Source: Callorhinchus milii (taxonomy: Eukaryota). From it: a DNA stretch of 64,000 bases. Where the stretch lies: the NCBI RefSeq assembly GCF_018977255.1, contig NW_024704742.1, positions 17,982,001 to 18,046,000 on the forward strand, written 5' to 3'. Below, one piece after another: positions 24,998 through 39,662 of this stretch (position 1 is the stretch's first letter; every line of letters begins with the position of its first letter). A program made the translations under genes and the position numbers. The notes under the pieces are model-generated. The model did no database searches. It was not told the origin of the DNA and worked only from the letters and a program-made list of their open reading frames with translations.

Positions 24998-27900
24998 GGA
25001 GAAAAAAGGGCTGAGATCCTACAGGGAGAGTGTTAGAAGCTACGGAATAAGCTAAAGAGTAGGACTCAAAGGTGGTTATCTCTGAGTTACTCCCAGTCCC
25101 TTGTGCAAGTGAGTGTCAAAATGGCAGGATCAAACACATGAATACATAGCTGGAGAAATGGTGCAGGCTTCTGGGTCATTGAGACCAGTTCTGGGGCAGG
25201 TTGCACCTGTACAAGGTTCATGGGTTACACCTGAACAGGGCTCAGACCAATGTCCTCGCAGGGAGGTTAACTCGTGCTGTGGGGAGGGTTTAAACTAATT
25301 TCGAGAGGGGAAGGGAATCAAGATGTAGCATTAGAGAGGACAAACAAGTTACAGAGAGGGCTGGGAGAGACAAATAGCATTGTAATCAGAAATAATTCAG
25401 AAAAAGGAGGCATTAGATGGGGGAGAAATGCAGAGCAGATTAAGTTAGTCATGAAGGGCATGTGCGTAAATGCACAGAGTGTGACAAATAAGATTGGTGA
25501 GCTGCAGACTCAAGTTGCCACATGGGGTTATGATGTAGTATCAATAACGGAGACCTGACTCAAACAAGGGCAGGAATGGGAGCTGAATATTCCTGGCTAC
25601 AATATATTCAGGAGGGATAGGGAAGGAAAAAAGGAGGGGGTTGGCAATATTGATTAAAGACTTGGTTACGGCCCTGGAAAGGGACGATGTGCTAGAGGGT
25701 CCAAACGAGAATCGATTTGGTTAGAGTTAAGGAGCAGAAAAGGATCTGTTACTCTGTTAGGTGTATACCATAGATCACCAAATAGTGGGAAGGCGATAGA
25801 CGAGCAAATCTGCAAGCAGATTTCAGAAAGATGCAAAACCGTTAGAGTAAGGAAAAGGAACAATCAAAGGTGAAGATACTCAACTGGAAGTGAGTCAAGA
25901 AGGGACCTAGCCAAAGTGATCTGGAAAGAAAGGTTGGCAGGTAAAACAGCTAACGGGCAATGGGAAACCTTCAAGGAGGAGATAGTTCGTGGACAGAACA
26001 AATACATTCCCACAAAGGGGAAAGGTAGTGCATCCAAACCTCCCTGGGTGAATAAGGAAATTGGGATTAAAATAAAACAGAAAAAGGAAGCTTATGATAA
26101 ATGTCAGGTCCAAAATACAGAAGATAATCAAACAGAATGTACAAAATACAGAGGAGAACTGAAAAAGGAAATAGAAGGGCAAAGAGATTGTATGAGAAAA
26201 GATTAGTGGATAACATAAAAGCCTAAGGTATTTTATAAGCATATAAAGAATAAAATATTAGTCAAAGATAGGGTGGGTCCAATTAGGGACCAACAAGGAA
26301 ATCTTCTTGTGGAGGCAGAGGACATGGCTGACATACTGAATAAGTACTTTGCATCTGTCTTCACAAAAGAAGAGGATGTAGCCAATGCCACAGTATCGGA
26401 GAAGAGGGTAGAGAAATTGGATAAGATAAGAATAAACCGAGAGCAGGTATTAAAAATGTTGTCGGTGCTCAAGGTAGATAAGTCACCCGATCCGGACAGG
26501 ATGAATCCTAGGTTACTGAGGGAATTGAAGGTCGAAATAATGGAAACTCTGGACACAATCTTTCAATCTTCCTTGGACACTGGGGTGGTGCCAGAGGACT
26601 GGAGGGTTTCAAATGTTACTCCCCTGTACAAAAAGGGGCAGAAGTATAAACCTGGAAACCACAGGCCAGTCAGCCTGATGTCAGTAGTGGGGAAATTTCT
26701 GGAGACTATAATCCAGGACAAAATAAATTTTCACTTAGAAAAATATGGGTTAATAAAGGACAGCCAACATGGATTTGTTAAAGGCATATCATGTCTAACA
26801 AACTTGATAGAGTTTTTCGATGAGGTACTGGAGAGGGTGGATGAAGGTAGTGCAGTTGATGTAGTTTATGTGGATTTTCAAAAGGTGTTTGATAAAGTGA
26901 CACATAAGAGACTTGTAAGCAAAATAGAAGCCCACGGTATTAAAGGGACAGTGGCAGCATGGATACAGACCTGGCTGGGAGACAGAAAGCTGAACATGGT
27001 GGTGAACGGTTGTTTTTCTGACTGGAGGGAAATTTTCAGTGGTGTCCCCCAGTGATCAGTATTGGGACCACTGCTATTTTTGATCTATATAAATGACCTG
27101 GACCTGTGTATGGGGAGTACAATATCCAAGTTTGCAGATGATACTAAGCTAGAAAAAGTAGTAAACAGTGAGGAGGATAGTAGCAGATTGCAAATGGACA
27201 TAGACAGACTGGTAAAATGGGCAGACACGTAGCTGAAGTTTAATGTGGAGAAATGCAAATTGATGCATTTTGGGAGGAAGAATGAGGAGAGGCAATATAA
27301 GCTGATGGTACAATCTTAAAGGGGTTGAAGGAACAGAGAGACATGGGGGTTCATATAAGTAAATCTTTGAAGGTGGCAGGACAGGTGGATAAAGCTGTTA
27401 AGCAAAGCATACGGGATACTTGGCTTTATAAATAGGGGCATAGAATACAAAAGTCAGGAAGTTTTGATGAACCTTTTATAAAACACTGGTTAGGCCTCAG
27501 CTAGAGTGCTGTGTTCAGGTCTGGGCACCACACTTTAGGAAGGATGTCAAGGCATTGGAGAGGATGCAAAGGAGATTTACCAGCATGATACCAGGAATGA
27601 GGGACTTCAGGAGAGGCTATAGAAGCTAGGATTATTCTCCTTGGAGCAGAGAAGATTAAGAGGAGACTCAATAGAAGTTTTCAAACTTATGAGGGGATTC
27701 GATAGGGTGAACAGGGAGAAACTATTTCCATGTGGCGGGTCGGTTGGTAACCCAAGGGCACCAATTTAAAATAGTTGTTAAAAGAAAGAGAGGGGAGGTG
27801 AGGAGAATTTTTTTTTACACTGCGAGTTGTTTGGATCTGGAATGCATTACCTGAAAGGGAAGCTGATTCGATAACGGCTTTTAAGAGAGAAGTAGATAAT

Positions 27901-28045
27901 TATTTGGGGTGGACAAGTTTGCAGGGTTATGGGGAGAGACCGGGGACGTGGGATTGAATTGGATAGCTCTTTTCAAAGAGCCAGCACAGACACGATGGGC
28001 CGAATGGCCTCCTTGTGTGCTGTATAATTCAATGATTGTATGTTA
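24998..28045 (+). mobile_element. CR1-clade LINE, 5'-truncated and decayed (end of ORF1, APE endonuclease, RT, 3' end)
   Basis: ORF fragments GYDVVSITET and VPEDWRVSNVTPLYKKG...QHGFVKG...DFQKVFDKV...GVPQ; FADD near 27131; 3' gatgggccgaatggcctcc motif; multiple stops and frameshifts. Confidence 0.93.
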
Positions 28046-30368
28046 TGGAGATTAATGCACTAACCACATGTGTACGCTGCAGTGTACAGTAACTGAAACC
28101 TTTCCAGCACATGTCATTTTCAGTTTGTGCTGAGTCAGATGATCTCAAATCAGGCAACAGTAATGAGGGGGCTGGAAGGGGAACGGGCTACAAATAGTTG
28201 TAGTGACCTTGAGCTGCTGTGGGGGGGAGAGAATAAAAATCAGTCAAGTTTCTACTCCTGATTGCGAGTCAGATACAGGAGTCCTGCTCAGCCTCTCCAT
28301 AGGTAAGAAGTGGGGTAAAGAAGGCAAAATAAAATTAAGAAAGCTATACTATAATGGCAATCAGCCATTGCAAAAGGAATTAATAAAACAACAATCAAAC
28401 AATCAATCTAATGACACGTTCATAGCTGAAGATATATAGAGCACACAATTTTCCAAACTCCGATTTGTATTTGCCACACACAAAGCGTCAAAACAAATGA
28501 GACCTACTCCGTATGGCAAGTTCCCGTTGATGTCAAGTTGAATGCATCCTGTCACAAGCTGATGGCAGACTCAAAACCATATTCCAACACATTCCTATTC
28601 CTGATATCTCTCCCCTTCCTCCTTTTCTTCCTCCAAGTTACATTCTTAGGTGAAAGATAAAATTCCATTATTTCTAAATCAAATATCTGTACTGTCTAAT
28701 GAGAGACATATATAACGCATGGGCATTTAGATATGCAACACACAAAGGAGGATAGATGATTACTCTGTGTAACCACTATTTGCAAGATGCCTCCACAAAT
28801 CCACCCACACAGATTCAATTACAAGGTCTGAAAACCTCGCAGTGGCTTTCAGGATAGACGTGATTTAATTCAGCAAACTCATGTCAACAATGACGCCAGT
28901 GACTGCTATTAATAGACTTCATCCATCTTGTTCACCACCATCTTTCCACATCTTTAGTTCCATTCAAGTAGGGAATCAAACCCAACTACATTTATACATA
29001 AAAAAAATCCCCTCCCTTCCCTTCCTAGTTGTTGTTGTTCAAAATTTGGGCACTGTGCTCAAACTCTTCATTCAATACTACAGCAGTACCGCCAATGCAC
29101 ACTATTTACCAGCTAAATCAACATAGATTGCCAGTGACACCTGTCTGGCAAGCTTCCCGCTGCTAGTCCACGATTTGTCCACTTCACAACCCATTTCAGT
29201 GAACAGGTCTTCCTCACACTACGTTCTTTAACTGCTTAAGAGGCAAAGCTCACCCACCCTATGCCATGCCCCAGAAAATCAAGTAACAAGTAACACTGTA
29301 TTTTCCACATCAGCATACATCTTGCAACCTGTACCTTTAATAAAATTCATGATTTCTAAAGATAAAAGGTGAAACCTATTGGGAAATGCTGCAGGGAAAA
29401 TTTTCAGCAAACCTTGTTGTTAAAAAGGCATATTTATTGAACAGTACTTTTAAATCCATTATTTTTAAATGAAAAACTGCACGTACTTTACTGTTCTCCC
29501 ACAGCTGTCACAGTTGGGCACTGTGGCCATTCTTTCCCTTCCTCGTCTTTTGAATGAGTGATAAATATAAATAAACTATTGCAAACATCAAAAATAGCCA
29601 ACCTTTGGAGGAACTCGTAGTGCTTCGCCCCATTACATCAATGTTTAAGTAAATCAATTCTACATGTCAAAACTAACTAAATATTTCAGAGAACATACTC
29701 ACAGTCCTCTTGAAAAGAACTTTTCATTAGATGAATCCACTCTCTTATAGCAGCCCAGATATAATTCCCCCTAGACCCCCATCCCCAACACACTTCAACT
29801 TCATGCAAACTAAACTATAAAAATAGGTTCAGTTATTTTTTCACGTAGCTACAATTCTATTGAGGAAGATTGCTATTAAATAAAGACACCGCAGGAACCA
29901 CAGTGGCTGATGATCATTTTATCAACAGCAACAATTTGCATTTATATCACACCATTCACGCAGGATGACTTGGAGTACTTCAGAGTGGTGGAGATTGACA
30001 TAGACTACAGGAAAAGAGAGAGGGAGGCCACTATAGTTGCAGTCACATAGGTAGGTTTCAAGGTGGGATTAAAAGTCAGACAGATAGATAGTTGGGGATC
30101 AGATGGGAGAAGAGTCAGAGAGTTCAAGAGGTTAGGGGTGTTGTGACTGAACGCTCAGTCTATCAGTTCACTGGAACTATGGTTCTTCTGTGGTCCCGTT
30201 AGTTAATTACAGTAGTTCATAAGAATTAAAGCATCCTGATGTACAAATATTAACCAAATATTTTACATTTAACTAAAATGGATACGGTGACCTTGACTAT
30301 TATTCTCACAATTAACATACCTAGAGTGTATTGAACAAATTCATACAACTTGCGCATAACTTGCTGTT

Positions 30369-33300
30369 GTCATAGGGGATACAATAGTGAGAGGTGCAGA
30401 CAGACGTTTCTGTTACAGAAAACAAGAGTCAAGGATGGTACGTTGCCTCCCTGGTGCAACAGTCTTAGACATCGTCGAAAGGGTGGATAATATTCTTCAG
30501 GGGGAAGGAGAACATCCAGAAGTGGTGGTCCAGGTGGGGATCCATGATATTGGTAAAAAAAAANGTGCTGAGACTCTACAGGGTCAATATCAAAAGCTGG
30601 GGAAGATGCTAAGGAATCGAACATCCAAGGTGGCGATCTCTGGATTTCTCCCTGTGCCTCGGGCAAATAAGTACCTGAATGGCAGGATCAAGCATATGAA
30701 TGCTTGACTGGAGAAATGGTCCAGAAAAGAGGGCTTCAAGTTTCTGGATCATTGGGACCATTTCTGGGGCAGGTGGGACCTGTATCATATGGATGGGGTG
30801 CACCTAAACAGGGCTGGGGTGAAGGTGCTTGCAGACAGGCTATCTAATGCTGTTGGGGAGGGTTTAAACTAGTTTTGAAGGGGAAAGGAAATGCAAAAAA
30901 CGAAGAGCTAGAAAATGGGAGAAATAAAACAGGAAGGAAGCGCAGAACAGGTCAAGTCGGTCTTGGAGTCCATGTGCCTAAATGCATGGAGTTTAGCAAA
31001 CAAGAGTGGTGAGCTGCAGGCTCAAGTGGTCATAGGGGGATACGATGTAGTAGCAGTAACAGAGACCTGGCTCAAACAAGGACAGGAATGGGAGCTGAAT
31101 ATTCCTGGCTATAATGTATTCAGGAAGGATAGGGAAGAAAAAAAAGGAGGGGGTGTGGCAATGTTAGTCAAAGATACGGTTATAGCCGTGGAAAGGGTCG
31201 AGGTGCTGGAGGGCCCCAAAACGGAATCTATCTGGTTAGAGTTAAGGAACAAAAAAGGAGCTGTTACGCTGGTAGGGGTATACTATAGACCACCAAATAG
31301 TGGGAAGGAAATAGATGAGCAGATCTGCAAGCAGATCTCAGACAGATGCAAGGCCAATAGAGTCGTGATAATGGGGGACTTTAATTATCCCAACATAGAC
31401 TGGCAAAACAACAGTGCAAAGGGCAAGGAGGGGGAAAGATTCCTAAAATACATACAGGCAACTTTCTTCATCAGTACGTTTCCAGCCCAACAAGGAAGGA
31501 AGCAGTGCTAGATCTAGTTCTGGGAATGAAGTAGGGCAAGTGGAGCAGGTTTCAGTGGGAATAGAATCTGGTTAATAGCGATCATAACATCATTAAATTC
31601 AAAGTGCATATGGAAAGAGACAAGGAACCATCTAAGGTAAAGATATTCAACTGGAAGAGGGCAAATTTCAGTGAGTTAAAAAGAGACCTAGCCAAGGTGG
31701 ACTGGAAAGAAAGATTGGCAGGTAAAACAACTAAAGAGTAGTGGGAAGTCTTCAAGGATGGGATAGCTTGGGGACAAAATAAATACATTCGCACAAAAGA
31801 GAAAAATTGGGCTTCAAACCTCCGTGGATGACGAAGGTAATTGTATCTAAAATGAAGCAGAAAAAGGAGGTGTATGACAAATGTCAAACCCAAGATACAG
31901 AAGACAACCAAATCAAATATAGGAAGTGCAGAAGAGGTTTGAAAAAGGAAATAAGAGGGGCAAAAAGATTATACGAAAAANGGTTAGCGGGTAACATTGA
32001 AGGGAATTCTAAAGTATTTTACAAACATATCAAGGTAAAAAAGGCTAGTCAAAGGTACGGTGGGGCCAATTAAGGACCAAGGCGCAAATATTATTGTGGA
32101 GGCAGAGGGCATGGCTGATGTGCTGAATGCGTACTTTGCATCTGTCTTCACAAAAGAAGTGGATGCACCAAATGCAGTTGTAAGGGAGGAGAGGGTAGAG
32201 GAAATGGATAGGATAAGTATAAACATAGAGGAAGTACTGAAAAGGTTGTCTGCGCTGAAGGTAGATAAGTCGCCCGGTCCAGACGGGATGCAACCAAGGT
32301 TACTATGGGAGGCACGGGTACAAATAGCGGAGGGTTTGGCTACAATTTTTTAATCTTCGTTGGACACAGGAGTGGTGCCAGAGGACTGGAGAGTGGCCAA
32401 TGTGACTCCCCTGTACAAAAAGGGACAGAAGGACAAATCTGGGAACTACAGGCCAGTCAGTCTAACATCAGTAGTGGGAAAACTCCTGGAGACTATAATC
32501 CAGGACAGAATAAATCTTCACTTAGAAGAATATGGGTTAATTAGGGACAGCTAACACGGATTTGTTAAAGGCAAATCTTGTGTAACAAATCTAATAGAAT
32601 TTTTCGATGAGGTAATGGAGAGGGTGGATAAAGGTAAAGTTGTGGTGAACAGCTGCTTATCTGACTGGAGGGAAGTGTACAGTGGTGTCGCCCAGGGATC
32701 GGTATTAGGACCACTGCTCTTCTTAATATACATAAATGATCTAGACTTGGGTATAGCAAGCACCATTTCCAAGTTTGCGGACGACACAAAGTTAGGTAGG
32801 GTGGTAAACAGTGAGAAGGATAGGAGCCAACTGCAGGAAGACATAGACAGAATGGTAAAATGGGCAGACACATGGCAGATGAGTTTCAATGTGGAGAAAT
32901 GCGAAGTAATGCATTTTGGTAGAAAGAATGAGGGGAGGCAATACAGGCTGGTAATACAATCTTAAGGGGGGTAAAAGAACAGAGAGACCTGGGGGTTCAG
33001 GTAAATGAATCCTTGAAGGTGGCAGAACAGGTAGATAAGGCTGTAAAAAGGGCAAATGGGGCATAGAGTACAAGAGTCAGGAGGTTATGATTAACCTATA
33101 TAAAACACTGGTTAGACCTCAGTTAGAATACTGCGCCCAGTTCTGGGCACCACACTATAGGAAGGATGTTAAGGCATTGGAAAGGGTGCAGAGGAGATTT
33201 ACGAGGATGGTACCAGGAATGAGGGACCTTGATTATGAGGAAAGACTAGAGAGGCTTGGATTATTCTCATTGGAGCAGAGAAGGTTACGAGGAGACCTAA

Positions 33301-33682
33301 TAGAGGTCTTCAAAATCATGAGGGGATTTGATAGGTTAGAAAGGGAAAAACTGTTTCCACTGGTGGGTGTGTCGGTGACTCGAGGTCACAGATTCAAAAT
33401 AGTATCTAAAAGAAGCAGAGGGGAGGTGAGAAGAATTTTTTTTACGCAGCAAGTTGTTCGAATCTGAATCGCATTGCCTGAAAGGGTGGTCGAGGCAGAT
33501 TCGATAACTACTTTTAAAAACGTGGTGGATGGGTATTTGAGGAGAACGGGTTTGCAGAGTTATGGGGAAAGGACTGGGGAGTGGGATTGACATTAATTGC
33601 TCTATTCAAAGAGCCGGTACAAACTCGATGGGCCGAATGGCCTCATTTTGTGCTGTACAATTCTATGATTCTATGATTCTAT
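30369..33682 (+). mobile_element. CR1-clade LINE, decayed, with ORF1 SGNH-esterase-like region, APE endonuclease, RT and (ATTCTATG)n tail
   Basis: VIGDTIVRG...CLPGA...VQVGIHDIG...DGVHLN (esterase-like); VAVTETWL, GVYYRPP, MGDFNYP (APE); QGSVLGP, KFADD (RT); ttctatgattctatgattctat tail at 33661-33682. Confidence 0.95.
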
Positions 33683-33976
33683 AATGTACCTTTGAAATTC
33701 TATTACACCATACAGCGAAAACCAACAATGGATGCCTTCAGTGGTTCATCAATGCTCATCTTGCTGAACCCGATTTGCCCACAATGACACAGAATTCTTT
33801 ATAATTGACAACTGATTGCCAAGCTTGTGTCTGTGCACTGCTATAACATTTGCCAACACTTTGTTGGTTTTCATCCATAAGGGACACTTTATTTTGATAA
33901 TAAAGACCCAATACCATTACAGGTGTGGCCTGAATCATGGACACAAACACTCAAGGGCGCATTTTTAACTGGTGTA

Positions 33977-34445
33977 TAACAACAATGACTTGCATTTATA
34001 TAGCACCCCTCACACAGGGTAGCGTTCCAGAGCGCTTGACAGTGGCAGAGCAAATGCTGAGCTGGGGGAGGTGACCGTAATCACAGTCGAAGAGGAAGAT
34101 CTTCAGGCATGACCTGAAGATGAGGGGGCCAATGTGGAGGGACAGAGTAAGAGTGCTCCAGAGTTTGGGAACATATTGGCTGAAAGACTGATGGTGGAAT
34201 AGAGGACATAAAGGACATGCAGGAGGCCGTAGCCAGTCAGTGGGTAGTGGGTTGGGGAGTAGCAGGTTGGCAAGGTAGGGAGGTGCCAGGGCATAAAGGG
34301 ATTTGAGAACGAGTGTGAGGATCATGAAATCAATCCGTTTGGCAATAGGGAGCCAGTGGAGCCTGGCTAGAACTGTTGTGATGGGGTTACAGAGTTTAGA
34401 GCGGGTGAGTATGCGGCCAGCAGAGTTTTGGATCAGCTGGATTTT
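33977..34445 (-). mobile_element. L2 3' fragment
   Basis: LVLKSLYALAPPYL...KLWS; L2-type tail and aacaacaa end. Confidence 0.8.
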
Positions 34446-36796
34446 GTGCCTGCCCTGTTACCTCCCTACCTCTCCGTTTGGGAACTGTTTATGTCAGAAA
34501 TTCTTGGTTTGTTTTTCCTTGTATGACAATTTTAAGAAATTCCAAGTGAATGTTGTTTGAATAATCTTTCTTCTAAAACAAACGCTGAATGTTTGGATGT
34601 ACTTTGAATGACTTCTTCTGATAATTAATTTAAATGCAAAAAGTAGTCTGAACAATTCAACCTCTTTTAGCTAAGGTTTATATTTCAAGTAGGCGTTTTA
34701 AGTAGGCGAAATACGTTTCATGTTTTGCTAGATTGTCGAGTGTGTATCCTCTCAGCTTGTGTAAGCTATGAGAAGATGGGGCTGCAAGTGGCTGTGCCTA
34801 TTCTCTGCTGTTATTTTGATGTTTACAGAAACAGATTCCGATGCGTCAGGAAGTCTTTGCATCTATGAGCTGCCGGAGGCGATGGATTTGACATTTGTAA
34901 GGCTTAAAATCAGTGTATTTTAAAAAGCCTGCACTGCTTTCGGCAACTGCTCCTTGGACAAGATGAGCCCGTCCACTAAAATCATACAGGGGGGGAACAC
35001 AGAATATTAGCAGCACAGAAAGAGGCCGATCAACCCATTATATTTGTGCTCATATGAGCTCTTCCAATTATATTGTTGTTGTTGTCTGCTCTATTCCCAT
35101 TCCCCTGTTCTTCCTCCACATCATTTTCTGCTAAGACACGTTGCAAGAGTGCTGCTCAGCAGAGAGGTACGTCAGAAACTACAGAGGAGACAGTCTATGC
35201 TGGTGTCAGGTCTTGTCCTTCAGTGAACAAGAGGTCAGGTGAGGACTGGAGCGCTTCCAGAAATACCAGCTGCTCTGTTCTCTGGCAGTGAAAATAATAT
35301 TTTTGGGCTTGAAGTTGAACAAAGCTGAATTAGCTGAGTCATAAAGAGAACTTTATTCCCCGTTAGATTAAGACTAGTCAAATCAAGAGACACACTTGCC
35401 AAAAGTGTGTTTATAGTGGCTTTATTATTTTTCATATCTGATGATATTTGGATTTGCAATGATGTGAGTGTAAATAAAGATACAGACCTCTTTAATCTGT
35501 AGCCTTCTGTGGCTGTGCATAGTGATAGCTGCCAATACAAAGATATTGTGGCAATATGGTGTGAGACTACACAAAATCGACTGAGCAGATGAGAACAAGC
35601 GAGTTAATCAGGAGCTGTTGAAATCCCAGCTCTGCAAAGGTAAAGAATGGAACAAGTGTCTTGAAAATTGCATCATTTTATCAACAAAGAAATATATATA
35701 TATATACAGCTCATTGTAACCCCATAAACTAACTATCCTTTGCTGGGGAACTTTACCAAAAAACACTCTTGTACTTCCTATGTATCTTTGACGTACTTAT
35801 TTGAATCTGTATAATTCCTTGTTTTTTGAATTTTTATATAGGCAAAATCTGCATCTAAATTTGCCAAATCAGTTAAAACGCCTATATCACGACCCTCCCT
35901 TCAGTCTTCCTTCAAAAGAGGAAACTACTTGAAAGAGTAAATATCACACACAGATCTTAAATCCGTAATTTGTGTTGAGGCATCAGATTACGGTGATTAA
36001 ATACCATCTCGAATTAAGATCTGAAAAGCTAAATTTGATATAAAAAAANTCATTTAGTGCAGAGCATACCACCAGATGGTATTCTTATCCCGATATTGTC
36101 AAGCCAAATTATGTAACATTTCAAGATTTTTAACTTAATATAGTTCCTTCTACTGTTAAAAATAGTGATTCTGAAATAGCTGCCACTTGGTAGGCATGTG
36201 AAATACCAACATTCTTTAAAACATTAGAAACTACAGTACTACCTACCCTGTTGCTATAAATATTTTTATTTGAAGCAATGCTATTAGGACCATTTACACT
36301 GGTGCTGAATTACAGAACAGAATATTTATTTTTTACTTCCTAACAAATAAAATGATAATTTCTTAATAAGAGCTATAGTGATGCTCTGGAATGTTACAAT
36401 GTGAGCGTGTTATCGTGTTACATTGAGTGACTTTCTACATCGTTATTTATACCCTAGCAGATGGTTCCAGCCTTGTAAACAACAGGCATCTTATTATAAG
36501 CTACTGATACCAGCCCACTGAAATTCCCACTAAATCCATCACAATGGCTCAAAGCCAGCACTTCATTTCAACTATTGCCTTGACTATATTTTTTGAATTA
36601 TGAAACCACCAGTTGTAGTTATCACACATAAAAATAACCTAATAAACGACAGCCAAGATAACTTCAAGAAGACAGCTTAACCCTTACTGATGTCATAGAA
36701 TTTTACTGGAGGTAATGTCCCAGAATGAACATGATAAGTCAGTCAATATGGTTTATGAAGACTTCCCAGGCTTTTTATGAATTACAGTACTACATG

Positions 36797-37119
36797 TAAT
36801 AATAATATAATAATCCTTGCATTTGATATAGTGCTTTTCACGTCTTCTCGACGTCTCAAAGCACTTCACAGAATAGACTGTAAAGTGAATTGACCGTATA
36901 TTTGTGGGCGAAATGCGCCAGCCAATTGCGCATATCAGTGTCCCACAAACAGTCGTGGATTGAAAATGACCAATTTATTATTGTTTTGTTTTGGAGGGAT
37001 TATTATTAGGCTCTGTGTGGAGAAAGGAAACTTGCCCAAGGTTTCGCCCTCTGCCTGGAATGGAACCCAGGTGTCTCACTTGCAAGGCGAGTGCTCTAAC
37101 CACTGAGCTACAGGACTCC
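36797..37119 (-). mobile_element. Full-length tRNA(Ala)-derived SINE
   Basis: Reverse complement closely matches 43543-43869. Confidence 0.9.
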
Positions 37120-38309
37120 AGTAATTAACCCATTACTGTAAAAAAAACACACCACTGATGAGCTGCAGTGGCTGTTGGCGAGTGCGGAAGAGCCCAGCTC
37201 TGGTAGCAGCATCATTCACAAGGTCGGTATGCACCGGTTTGGTTTGACTGACATATCCCACCAACTCTCTAGGTTCAACTTTTTTCACAGTTTGGTCTTC
37301 AATTCCACGGGCTAATTGGGTTCGTAGGTGCTACCTTTACCGTACCAATGCTCTCCTTTTACCTGCCCACCCCCCCCAATTTCTCCACTCGCAGGATAAT
37401 CTGAGACTTGCGCAAAAAGACACCAAATAACACACGTTCCAATTCACCATCAAATAACTTTCAGGATATGAGAGTCTTCACTGCCTGAGGCTTTTCAACT
37501 AATGGATGGGGGGTGACTTGCACAATGAAATGATCCAATATGCAGTAATCTGCTCCTGTTCTTTTAGATTTTTTTTATTGTAGCTCAACAAACTAATAGC
37601 AATTGGTGTATCAAGCATAAGCATTAATACAGATTAGTAACCAGCTGAAAAAAAGCAAGCAGAAGGTATTCACAAGGGGAAATAGTTCAAAATGAGAAAC
37701 ATATTGAGTGCAGTGCTTCAGGGATATGTGCTGGGACCCCTCCTAATCCTAGTGCACATAAGTTATCTAGATTTTCAGAGGGTAACCAATGAATGGAACA
37801 GGCTATCAGTGAAGGTGCTGTGGCCATGATACTGGCCTCATTTTAGAAAAAGCAGCTTGATGCTGTAATGGGAGGACAGTAGGGTGCGTGTTCGGAAAGG
37901 ATGAGAATGGATGGGCCAAAGGGCCTTCGTCATCCAAAGCAATCTTATGATTTTGTGCCATTCCAAATGAGACAACAAGGATGATCCTTCACGTTAGAAT
38001 GATGAACTATGATTAATGATAAAAATAGCAATAATTTACAAGGGCTCTTCAGCTTCAAAAGTAGATAGCGTGTGTGTGTGTATAAGGGAGGAGGAGAGAT
38101 AAGGAAATTATTCAATACACTCCTCCACTGTGAACCCCCATTAATTGAAAACACATCAAAGATGCAGTTCACAGATCCAGACATAGAAACAGGTATAACC
38201 TCAAAGAAATGTTTTTCCCCCTACCTAAAATGAATTCTATAAAAAGAAATCCCAATATATAAGAATATGCATAATACCAACATTCAATTGGTCACCAAGC
38301 TAATTAGTT

Positions 38310-38518
38310 AATAATAATAATAATCCTTGCATTTGATATAGCACCTTTCACGTCTTCTGGACGTCTCAAAGCCCTTCACAGAATATACTGTAAAGTGAAT
38401 TGACTGTATATTTGTGGGCGAACGTGGCAGCCAATTGCGCACAGCAATGTCCCACAAACAGTCGTGATTGAAAATAACCAATTTATTATTGTTTTGTTTT
38501 TTGGAGGGATTATTATTG
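38310..38518 (-). mobile_element. 5'-truncated copy of the same SINE
   Basis: Matches 36797-37008. Confidence 0.85.
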
Positions 38519-38623
38519 ATTATAGTTGATCTGCATTTCTGTTTTATACCAAAAATCTTTAGGGCTGCTTATCAATTCGATGAAAATATCTAAAACGTCA
38601 TATGTGTAAATCCATCACCATGC

Positions 38624-39022
38624 TTGCATTTGACATAGCACCTAATTATATAAGTTCTCAAAGAGCTTCAGAGGTTTTTTTCTTTAATGTGTAGTGACCG
38701 TGAATTTGTAGGCAACCACAGCAGACAATTTGCACCCAGTAATGTTCCATAAACAGCCATCATGTGAATGACCAATTTTGTATCTGAGGGATTGTTGGCT
38801 TGGACACCAGGAGAAACTCCTCTTTTCAAATAATAAAGTATCTCTGAGCAGGTTAATGGGCCTTATTTTAACGTGTTGTCTGAAGGATAACCTCCGATAA
38901 TGAAATCCCCCCAAGACTGTTCTGGTATATCAGCCTAGACTATGAACTCAAAGACTCCAATGTCAGGAGTTGACCTCGTGATTTTCTAACTCAAAGGTGA
39001 GAGTGCTACTATCTGAGCCAAG
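38624..39022 (-). mobile_element. Old Deu-domain-type SINE
   Basis: Reverse-complement similarity to 11763-12270; related decayed copies at ~48006-48290 (-), ~52255-52615 (-) and ~16775-17020 (+). Confidence 0.65.
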
Positions 39023-39309
39023 AAGACATTTACGGGAAATTACACCCGACACACCTTCAACGAGTCACGAGAAACACTTGGCAAACCTCCCATTTGCATT
39101 TGCCAAAGACTGTGTGATGAGGAAGCTCACATCACTGCTTCGTGAAAACTTAATTGTATTCATTGCTTGTACATGACATGGCACTAATAAAAATAGCATG
39201 CAGCTGTTGTGACTTGCCCCTCCCTTCCAGGGAAATGCCATGTCTAAATTATATTTTCCTGATCCAAATACTCTTGTCTACTGTAGGCAACCACAGCAGT
39301 CAACTTGTA

Positions 39310-39662
39310 GAGTCCTGGAGCGCAGTGGTTAAAGCACTCACCTTGCCTGGGTTCAATTCCCGGCAGGATGAAATGTTCGGCAAGTTTCCTTACTCCACAT
39401 GCCTCTGTTTACCTAGCAGTAAGTAGCAACCTAGTTGTTAGTCGATTGGTGGATCGCTTTGCCGGGGGTAGTAATCCCTTTAAAAAAAATTGGTCACTCA
39501 ATCCATGACTATTTGTGGGACACTGCTGTGCACAATTGGCTGTCGCATTTCGCCCACAAAATATAGTGAATTCACCTTACAATATATTCTGTGAAGCGCT
39601 TTGAGACGTCTTTGAAGACATGAGACGCTATATCAAATTCAAGAATTATTATTATATTATTA
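39310..39662 (+). mobile_element. tRNA-derived SINE, variant with extra internal segment
   Basis: A/B boxes; internal ctctgtttacctagcagtaagtag...gtcgattggtggatcgcttt, also seen at ~7320-7380 (-) and 58776-58810; same tail. Confidence 0.85.

Noticed and set aside
30564..36049. Isolated N bases at 30564, 31981 and 36049
   Set aside because: All follow A-homopolymers and look like consensus ambiguity, not biology.
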